26,056 nucleotides of DNA from Octopus sinensis (Eukaryota), in assembly GCF_006345805.1 (NCBI RefSeq), contig NW_021836623.1:1-26056 (forward strand), in the 5' to 3' direction. Under the pieces are notes generated by a model that saw nothing but the letters and a program-made list of their open reading frames with translations, searched no databases and was not told the origin of the DNA. Both the position numbers and the translations under genes were made by a program. Below, in pieces: positions 12,073 to 20,960 of the stretch (its first letter is position 1; each line of letters opens with the position of its first letter).

Positions 12073-12499
12073 GAATCTGGGGACGCAAATAGCTGGCGGA
12101 TCCGATAAAATGAGTTATTATTGACGGAAGCAAAATTGGTGGTGAACAGCAATCTTAATAACCAACTAAAAGTGGATATACTTTAAGAAGACCATAAAAC
12201 TGAGGTATTCATTCTGAGATATTCTCCCGTTTTTGCGGATAGAGCAGAAAAGCACGAAATAAGAGTGGTAAAAATAGCGATGATTAGGCAGTATTTCTCT
12301 GTATATCTGTTCGGGCAAAATTTGGTTTTCATAATTTCAGTGTATTTGCTGATGAATCGCAAACACGTTGAAATTACGTGATGTAGCAGTTCTGCTCCCG
12401 GTGCTAAACAGTTTCATCTGCTGCTGGTATTCTGCGCTTTTTAACACTATACGTCCATACGAGAATGTTTCTCAAAGGGTATTTCCGTAAGTATGTGTG

Positions 12500-12531
<32 letters not shown>

Positions 12532-12532
12532 G

Positions 12533-13083
12533 GTCACTTTCGAGTGCTACTGGTAACATGTAACTCAGTACAACCTGTTGCATGGTCGGGTCGTAGGCGA
12601 CTAAACCGGCAACCCCACCAAGCTTGCTTGGTGAGGAGGGTGTTTATTGGACACCCTGCGGGATGAAAAACAAAACCCGTCAAAGGGCGGAGGGAATCTT
12701 GAGAGTCAACGGCCATCCAATAAATGTCTTAAGGCTGTATCATGCGCGGGGACAATAGAAATAATCGGACTGAATACCCGATCAACGCGGTTTAAACAAT
12801 TGGGAGTGAAGGACTCCTAGCCTTGTTAGGGTATCCTTCTAGGAGAAGGTAACTCAGGTAACTGGGATAACTACCCGACATAAAACCTGCGGCTCAGTGG
12901 TTACCGATGATGTTGACTTGTTCTTCTTTTCGGATAATGGCTGCTGTGCTTAGTGAGTGGGATTGACTCAGTGCACAGCCTTTCCTCACTTTAAAAGAAA
13001 TCTTCTTGCACAGGCATTGCACGATAACAACATTGATTAAGCTTCGTGCAATGGCCATACTCGATAACGAGGGGCAGCCACCA
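12533..13083 (+). mobile_element. About 550-nt structured non-coding insert in (TATG)n; probable non-autonomous RTE-related retroelement
   Basis: GC-richer than its surroundings, sharp borders with (TATG)n on both sides, no credible ORF and many hairpins. CTAGGAGAAGGTAACTC resembles RTE 5' UTR motifs. Strand is inferred. Confidence 0.55.
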
Positions 13084-13879
13084 TGTATGTATGTATGTAT
13101 GTATGTATGTATGTATGTATGTATGTATATGTATGTATATATATATGTATGTATGTATGTATTATGTATGTATGTATGTATGTATGTAACGTATGGCTTG
13201 ATATGTATGTATGTTGTATGTATGTATGTATGTATGTATGTATGTATGTATATATGTTGTATGTATGTATGTATGTATGATGTATGTGTAGTATAGATGT
13301 GTACACAAACATCCACACAAACACGCACGCATTATCATATCTTCTCTTTTCTTTCGGAAAGTAATCTTCTACGATTTACAGCAATTGTTACTTTGCTCCT
13401 ATATATATTTCATTATCTGAAATGTATCTAATTTAACATTCAACGAAAGCATTGTTTCACTTTGTGAAATTTAAAATTTTCATTGTTTCAATTTATTATT
13501 GTTGCACATGGAGAACATATGCAAAGATACAGCGGGTATAAAAACTTGCTAGAAACACCAGCCAATAACACTTTCTGAGTCGCAGATAAATGTAATCCTA
13601 TACAAATCCTGAAAACTCATTCCGTTGTCAACTTAAATATTTATATTTTCACATTTTACGAAAGCATTTGTTTTTAGTTTAAATAACTTTAAAATGTCAT
13701 TCTATCAGGTTATATTTCTTAACGCAAAATATAAGTGAAAAAAGGAAATGAAATATTATTATAAATTTGAAATGAATAGAAAATGTCGAAAGAATATCCG
13801 ACTTGAACATTTCTTTAAAATATATATTAAAAAAAAGTGTTTCTTCTCGCATATTCTTATTTTCTGAAACTAGGTGGGT

Positions 13880-14267
13880 GGATGGAAGCACTCCGTCGGT
13901 TACGACGACGAGGGTTCCGGTTGATCCGATCAACGGAACAGCCTGCTCGTGAAATTAACGTGTAAGTGGCTGAGCACTCCACAGACACGTGCACCCTTAA
14001 CGTAGTTCTCGGGGATATTCAGCGTGACACAGAGAGTGACAAGGCCGGCCCTTTGAAATACAGGTACAACAGAAACAGGAAGTAAGAGTGAGAGAAAGTT
14101 GTGGTGAAAGAGTACAGCAGGGATCACCACCATCCCCTGCCGGAGCCTCGTGGAGCTTTTAGGTGTTTTCGCTCAATAAACACTCACAATGCCTGGTCTG
14201 GGAATCGAAACCGCGATCCTACGACCGCGAGTCCGCTGCCCTAACCACTGGGCCATTGCGCCTCCAC
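13880..14267 (-). mobile_element. tRNA-derived SINE, family C (tail type 2) with 11-bp TSD
   Basis: Same head as 8130-8433; ACTAGGTGGGT at 13869-13879 and 14268-14278. Confidence 0.88.
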
Positions 14268-14647
14268 ACTAGGTGGGTAACTGCGATGAAAATAGCGAAC
14301 AGTTTTTTATTCTCTTAAAAGCGGTTTCGCAGACGGAAAAGAGAAATCCTGGTTTATAGTAAGCAATTTATTTCAGGTGAATATCAACTATTCTGTAAAG
14401 TTGCAGATAAGTGGCTGCAGTTTTGTTTTTTATGTCAACTTATATCTCCTCATTAGAAATGTTAAAAATATGATATTTGATGAAATACATATCTCCATTT
14501 CCCCAAAATCTTAAACGCTTTCGTTTGTCTCGTTTTCTTTAATGAGATGAAAATGCCTAGAAAATACTAAAATAGTTGATTTTACAAATATGTACTGCAA
14601 CTTTATTTTCTCTGATGTATAGTCAGGTCCAAATTGAATAAAAAAAT

Positions 14648-14998
14648 ATTCTTTTGAAATTCCGTAAAATTCTTTTGCACTTTATCCAACTATGTTCACT
14701 GGAAAATACTTCACTTGGAATTCAAGCTGAAACGTACTCAATAGCAGAGAATGGAATTATATGAAACTCAGAATAAGTGAAGTTATTTCAACGAACAGCG
14801 CCATCTCGGGTATACCTTACTCACTGCTGAGGAAAGGAATTACAAAAGGAGCATGGTGAAGGAATAAAAAATTCTTTTGAAATTCCGTAAAAGTCTTTTG
14901 AACTTTCTCTAACTATGTTCACTGGAAAATACTTCACTTGGAATTCAAGCTAAAACGTACTAAGGAATTACAAAAGGAGCATGGTGAAGGACTAAACA
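14648..14998 (+). repeat. Tandem duplication with an internal deletion in copy 2
   Basis: ATTCTTTTGAAATTCCGTAAAA...AAACGTACT ... AAGGAATTACAAAAGGAGCATGGTGAAGGA at about 14648-14868 and 14871-14998; copy 2 lacks about 100 bp. Confidence 0.85.
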
Positions 14999-15139
14999 GG
15001 AAAAGGGAAAATGCAGACCAAAAGAACGCAGAAACGAGAATGTGAGAGAATGGAAAGCTTCCTTGCGAGACAAAGGCGTAAACGTGCTTGAAATGCGCTA
15101 AATCAGGATTTTAAGACACTTTACAAATATAAAACAATT

Positions 15140-15390
15140 GTCGATTTTAAAGAAGAGAGGATTGAAATAAACTCAATAGGAAATATGATTGAGAAATGTT
15201 TCTAAATGGGAGGCTTTCATATAAAAGAAAATTTCTGGGAGATCCCAAACAATGCCTTTTCAATTTTTGCTGTTGTAATGGTCAGGTGATACTACCGTCC
15301 ATTCCCCGTCCATCTCCTAAACTTAAAGAACTGTTAGCTTCAACTGCCGATAAGGGTGTCCGTTTCTAAGAGTAATATTGGGGCTAACGG
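15140..15390 (+). mobile_element. Decayed Helitron RepHel N-terminal fragment
   Basis: Translation IGNMIEKCF*...FNFCCCNGQVILPSIPRPSPKLKELL...VRF matches the Helitron MxxxC...CCxxGKVxLPxLxxPPxxLxxLL...F pattern; contains stops and a frameshift. Confidence 0.65.
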
Positions 15391-15396
15391 AGCATA

Positions 15397-15477
15397 GAGC
15401 TGGTAGAATCGTTAGTACACCGGACAGAATGCTGAGCAACATTTCGTCCGTCTTTACGTTCTGAGTTCAAATTCCGC
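15397..15477 (+). mobile_element. SINE family A head fragment
   Basis: GAGCTGGTAGAATCGTTAG...GTTCTGAGTTCAAATTCCGC only. Confidence 0.75.
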
Positions 15478-15783
15478 ATTCTAGTAAAGTTGAACATCTT
15501 ATCTGGCCAACACAGTCCCCAGGTCTCTATATTACTGAACATTTATGGTGCATTTTATAAAAATAAGTAAGGAGCTGATATCCTTCACCATCATCACTAC
15601 AAGAACTGGAGAGTGTTTTAGCCGAAGAATGGACAACAATTCCTTTGGAAACAATTCAAACTTTGTACGAGTCCTTACCTCGTAGAATTCATGTTGTAAT
15701 TACTGCCAAAGGCGGTACTATTCATTAAAATAAATCAGTTTGAAATTTTAAGGTGTTTCTATTATTTTGTCAAACCCCTATAC
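15478..15783 (+). mobile_element. Tc1-like DNA transposon 3' fragment (decayed transposase C-terminus plus TIR)
   Basis: Translation WPTQSPGLYITEHLW...LQELESVLAEEWTTIPLETIQTLYESLPRRIHVVITAKGG matches the Tc1 WPxxSPDLNPIExLW...W..IP...L..SMPRR...VI.AKGG pattern; TIR-like end GGTGTTTCTATTATTTTGTCAAACCCCTATA. Confidence 0.8.
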
Positions 15784-15814
15784 ATACTCACTCACAGATG
15801 CACACATAATTTTG

Positions 15815-15892
15815 CTCTCTCTCTCTCTCAACCTACCTACCTACCTACCTACCTACCAACCTACCTACCTACCTAGCTACCTACCTACCTAC

Positions 15893-15957
<65 letters not shown>

Positions 15958-15978
15958 AATCAATCTATCTATCAATCA

Positions 15979-16012
<34 letters not shown>

Positions 16013-16131
16013 TTGTCTATCCATCCACCCACCCATCAATCCATCTATCCACCCACCCACCAACCAACCCAACCCATCCATCCATCCATCCATCATTCCA
16101 TCCATCCATCCATCCATCCATCCATCCATCC

Positions 16132-16186
<55 letters not shown>

Positions 16187-16248
16187 AAGCTATCTGTCTG
16201 TCTGTCTGTCTTTGTATGTATGTATCTATCGATCGATCGATCGATACA
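15815..16248. repeat. Compound (CCTA)n/(TCTA)n/(CCAT)n/(GATC)n tetranucleotide array
   Basis: Directly visible. Confidence 0.95.
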
Positions 16249-16340
16249 TAAAACGAACAGAAATGATTAGTTAAATAATAAATAAATGTAAATAACCCAT
16301 TGTTTTTGTCTATTTTACGTATCACTCTGTAAAAACATAC

Positions 16341-16408
16341 CACCTTAACTTGGTAACGGAACCATGGTTTACAAATTTGACAGGTGCTGAGTTTATATTT
16401 CAGATTAC
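16341..16408 (-). CDS. Possible 68-nt internal exon of a host gene (xNLKYKLSTCQICKPWFRYQVKV)
   Basis: Minus strand: acceptor TTTTGTGCTCCAG, one open frame (phase 1 to 0) and donor GTATGT, in a unique island between microsatellites. No homology recognised. Confidence 0.25.
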
Positions 16409-16499
16409 CTGGAGCACAAAACATATCAAGAGACATTGTTGTTAGCTTAGTTAACAAAAAATGTCTTGTGATGGGTTTTGTATAGTGTATGCATTTACA

Positions 16500-16774
16500 C
16501 ATACCTACCCGTCTACCTCTCTACTTCCCTCTCTCCCTCTCTCCCTACCTACCTACCTACCTACCTACCTACCCCCTACCTACCTACCTACTTAGATACC
16601 TACCTACTTACATACGCACATACGTACGTACGTACGTACGTACCTACCTACCTACCTACCTACATACCTACCTACCTACCTACCTACATACCTACCTACC
16701 TACATACCTACCTACATAGATACATACATACATACATACATATATACATGTGTGTGTATATATAAATATATATA
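16500..16774. repeat. (CCTA)n/(TACG)n/(CATA)n array
   Basis: Directly visible. Confidence 0.95.
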
Positions 16775-17185
16775 GGCGCAGGAGTGGCTGTGTGGTAAGT
16801 AGCTTGCTTACGAACCACATGGTTCCGGGTTCAGTCCCACTGCGTGGCACCTTGGGCAAATGTCTTCTACTATAGCCTCGGGCCGACCAAAGCCTTGTGA
16901 GTGGATTTGGCAGACGGAAACTGAAAGAAGCCTATCGTATATATGTATATGTATATATATTTGTGTGTGTTTGTGTGTCCGTGTTTATGCTCCCCCCCCC
17001 AACATCGCTTGACAACCGATGATGGTGAGTTTACGTCCTCGTAACTTAGCGGTCCGGCAAAAGAGACCAATAGAATAAGTACTAAGCTTACATAGAATAA
17101 GTCCCGGGTCGATTTGCTCGATCCACTAAAGGCGGTGCTCCAGCATGGCCGCAGTCAAATGACAAACAGTAAAAGAGTAAAAGAA
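16775..17185 (+). mobile_element. SINE family B, full copy
   Basis: Aligns with the other B copies. Confidence 0.9.
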
Positions 17186-17232
17186 TATATATATATATAT
17201 ATATAATATATATATATATGTATATGTATATA

Positions 17233-17286
<54 letters not shown>

Positions 17287-17536
17287 ATATATGTGTGTGT
17301 GTATGTGTGTTGTGTGTGTGTGGTGGGGTGTATGTGTGTGTATCAGTATACAGATACTTGAATGTTACTTGGTATTATCTAAATTCCAGGGAAAAAGCTA
17401 TACTTCTGGGTGGGAGACAATATTTGCATGGAAAAAAGTCAGAGCATTCATATATACACATATACAAATGTAAATACGTACATACATACGAACATTTATA
17501 CACGCATGCATGCATACTTACATACACACACATACA

Positions 17537-17595
<59 letters not shown>

Positions 17596-17848
17596 TATGT
17601 ACACACACGTTTGAATGTTTTCTAAATTCCAATTATGAAGCCACGTTTCTAAATGTGTTATTTGCTATTTCTCTAATGGGTGGATGTTTGAAAAAATAAA
17701 ACTAGAACATCCATCCATCCATCCATCGTACATATACAAATAAGTAGGTACGTATGCACTTACGTTGTAACCAGCCATTAAAATCCAGAAGGAAGAAGTA
17801 ATTGCGCAATTTTAGAGGGTTTTTTTTTATGTCATAACGTTTCTCTAT

Positions 17849-17998
17849 CGCATGGGCGTGTGGTTAAGCATCTCACTTCGTAAACCGCGTGCTTTTGGGT
17901 TCGGTCTCACTACGAAGGATACTGAAACCCCTTTTTTTTTGTTTTGTTTTTTGTTGCTATAATTCCGGCCTAACTGATGTACTGTGAGTGAACTCTTG
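17849..17998 (+). mobile_element. Old degenerate SINE family B-like head
   Basis: GCATGGGCGTGTGGTTAAG...GGGTTCGGTCTCACTACG...GCTATA...TGTGAGTGAA is a diverged B head. Confidence 0.5.
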
Positions 17999-18125
17999 GG
18001 CGACACCTTGCGTGCTCGTCTATCCTCCTGCTCAGCCTGGATTATTCTCTCACAGACGTGTGACAAAAAAATTCCGGACAATGGACACCAGTTCCAATAA
18101 GAGCAGTAATAAATGAGTAGAACGA

Positions 18126-18169
<44 letters not shown>

Positions 18170-18362
18170 TATATAATATATATATATAGATGAGTGTATA
18201 TTTGCCTTGTTAACAATTAACACGGAAAAATAAATTAATAGTTACCAGGGTAGCAAAAAATCTCACAAGTAAAGAGCTTGTAACTCCTTGTTTTATAAAG
18301 GTAGAAACTTCGTGATTACGTGGAATTTTTTGTATAATATATGAATAAATAAATGAATCAAT

Positions 18363-18458
18363 ATTTTTACTTTCGACACATGTTTCGAAAATTCCACTGA
18401 TATTATTCAAAAGAATAATACAAGTGGAATTTTCGAAACATGTGTCGAAAGTAAAAAT
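18363..18458. repeat. Near-perfect palindrome (36-bp arms plus 8-bp inner stem)
   Basis: 18363-18398 is the exact reverse complement of 18423-18458; inner TATTATTC-AAAA-GAATAATA. Confidence 0.95.
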
Positions 18459-18493
18459 TTGATTTTATACCTGCGTTAAACTCCATGTATTTA

Positions 18494-18536
<43 letters not shown>

Positions 18537-18808
18537 TAATAAATAAAATATATGCATACATACAAATATATGTACGTACTGACATCTACATGTATATATA
18601 CATGCATATATAATATATATACGTACAGGACACACCAAAAAAAGACGTAGAACTCAACAGAAACGAAAACGGAAAAGCCATTTTGTTACAACAGAAAGAC
18701 AGAGACGTGGAACTGGACGAGAACGAAAACAAGAAAAACATTATTTACAACAGAAAAACAAGGTACAGGACATGCTACACAAGGAAAAATCCCCTTCATC
18801 AGCTGTCA

Positions 18809-18863
18809 CTAGTAGACTTAGCGTGTTTCGAAGGCAAGACAGGACACGACTCGTCAATACTAG
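18809..18863 (-). ncRNA. Type I hammerhead-ribozyme-like motif (C3U core variant)
   Basis: Minus strand: CTAGTA-TTGACGA-G(19 nt)C-GAAA-C ACGCTAA G-TC-TACTAG, with a perfect 6-bp stem I and a GUC cleavage triplet. Confidence 0.6.
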
Positions 18864-19464
18864 GCTTTCCTGCGAGAGAATTAAAATAAAATAACCTCGC
18901 AGAGGGGTAAAACAAGCAAGAAAAAATGTAACAATAGAGCTGCACAATAAAATACAAGATAAAAATACATGTACAAGAAAATACAAAACGAGAAATAAAA
19001 TACAATACGAGAAATCAAAATAAACAAGAAAACAAACGAAAAAAACAAACAAAAAAACAAACGAAGGCCTTTGTTCTGACTAGGACGGAAGAAGTACTAG
19101 CGAGCGCATGGAAACATGACCTTACGGCCTGAAAGCAACGTGCATAAGGATTAGCAGTGACGAAAGTGAGGAGGAGTGAGAGAGAGATAGATAGAGGAAG
19201 ACACCCGGCTGAGAGAGAGATGAGGAAGAGGGAGAGGGAGAGGGGAAGGTAAAGCAAAGGGAGAGAATTTCGCGTCATAATTATATTATAAAACAATACT
19301 GGGAGGAAAGAAACGGAACGAAGCGAAAATTCGAAAATTCGAAAATTCGAACGAACCCGACGCGAAGCGCTGTCAGACAATAGTGTAATAAACAAAATAT
19401 ATGCATACATACAAACATATATATATATATATATATAATATATATATATATATTATACTATATA

Positions 19465-19531
<67 letters not shown>

Positions 19532-20059
19532 ATTATATTGCGTGTGTCTATTTGGCAAAAAAGAAAATGACTACCCCCGAACATAACAGTGTCGTGTTCA
19601 AACACGGTTTCATGTGAGGAATCTTGCAACAAATTCTTTAACGTTCCCTCACCTGTGACAGTAATAATAATTGGTGAAAGTAATAGGAATTCGGCCAACC
19701 ATCCTGGAATTTATTCTGCTCCACCAATCAATGCATAAAGTTGCTCTGTAATCACTTCATGTGATAAGTCCCGAACCTGTTTTTATGACACATAACGCAA
19801 ATTTTTATCAAGGAAATTCGTGGTGATTTAGCAAGGGAAAGATTAGTTCCTGATGTATATGAAGCTCATCAGGTTTGGGGTGAGCTATGAAGTAAACAAA
19901 ACAACATAATACTGGAGGTGGATGGCTCTGAAGTCTGAAACCAACAGTTTCTTATCCACAGCAAAAAAGCTGTCCTCTCTACTGATAACAGGATCAGAAA
20001 TGTGAGCGAAAATATGAGCAGCAAGAACCAAGATAGCAGCAAGAAAATATATTATTATT

Positions 20060-20140
20060 GTACCCCAAATACATCCAAAATAGAAATACTCCAGCCTCGG
20101 ATGGGCCTGGAGTATTCTATTTTGGATGTATTTGGGGTAC
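20060..20140. repeat. Near-perfect hairpin, about 36-bp arms
   Basis: GTACCCCAAATACATCCAAAATAGAAATACTCCAGCC / GGCCTGGAGTATTCTATTTTGGATGTATTTGGGGTAC, with two 1-nt indels. Confidence 0.95.
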
Positions 20141-20215
20141 TTAGTTGTGCCCATGACTTAGTGTTTGCTTCTCTCATGGGTATGAGTAAGTATCTCATTT
20201 ATTTTTTTTCACCAC

Positions 20216-20275
20216 AGTATCACTGACGAAGAGAGGGCTCTTAGTAGCTAACTCTGAAATCGGTCCGATTGGTAA
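20216..20275 (+). ncRNA. Type I hammerhead-ribozyme-like motif (degenerate stem I)
   Basis: TATCA-CTGACGA-AGAG(18 nt)CTCT-GAAA-TCGG-TC-cgat-TGGTA: intact core boxes and stem II, minimal stem III. Confidence 0.5.
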
Positions 20276-20650
20276 TAATGGAATTTTTAGAATTTCTGTC
20301 GACCTTTATTCGAGTAGCGTGCGTATTGTGAAAAATTATATGGTTAATGGACAATATGTCCAATTTTTCGGCATATTTGGCATTAGAAATTTTTTCCTTG
20401 CCCTCATTTATGAATTATATAAATTTAACCGTTAAAGGTATTTTTTTATATTGCTGGCCATTGATAAAATTGTTTTCGAGAATATTTTTTTTCGAAAAGA
20501 ATTTTATCCTCACATTTGATATATATATATATATTATATATTGTTGTATTTCGGAATGGTCTGTTAGCCAATAAAAACACACGCACAATATATTTGGTGT
20601 TACTTTGCTTCAGCGTTATTTATTTTTTACATTAATCTTAATCTTATTTC

Positions 20651-20695
20651 GGCCAGAGTTCTTTCGTCTCACTCCTGTGACCGCATCAGTGGTCC
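20651..20695 (-). ncRNA. Minimal type I hammerhead-ribozyme-like motif (A9C variant) in a Penelope-like terminal segment (about 20540-20930)
   Basis: Minus strand: GG(A)CCA-CTGATGC-GG TCAC agga GTGA GAC-GAAA-G AA C-TC-TGGCC; followed by AATAAA. Confidence 0.55.
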
Positions 20696-20960
20696 TTTGC
20701 TTTCATATTTCTTATTTGTGTGTCTCTCCTTACTAACCGTCAGCCATTTTATATTTCTATTGTATGTGTCTTCATTTGCGCATGCGTATATCTCTATGTG
20801 CGTCTATGTTTAGTTAGTGTATATGTATGTTGGGGGGGATGCCTGTAATATTTGTATCTTCTGTTTATATACGTCCGTGTAATTTGTTTTTGTTTTTGTT
20901 TATTCTTATTTTGTTTATGTGTTTACACCCACTTATTATTATTATTATTATTATTATTAT

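Noticed and set aside
12066-12310. Possible mariner 5' end
   Set aside because: Only vague similarity (IRQYFSVY); no matching TIR or ORF.
19849-19873. CTGATGAG on the minus strand as another hammerhead
   Set aside because: No downstream GAAA box or stem I; only a small CCTGATG/CATCAGG hairpin.
19560-20050. Possible Penelope GIY-YIG remnant
   Set aside because: No frame checked gave a recognisable motif; needs a profile search.
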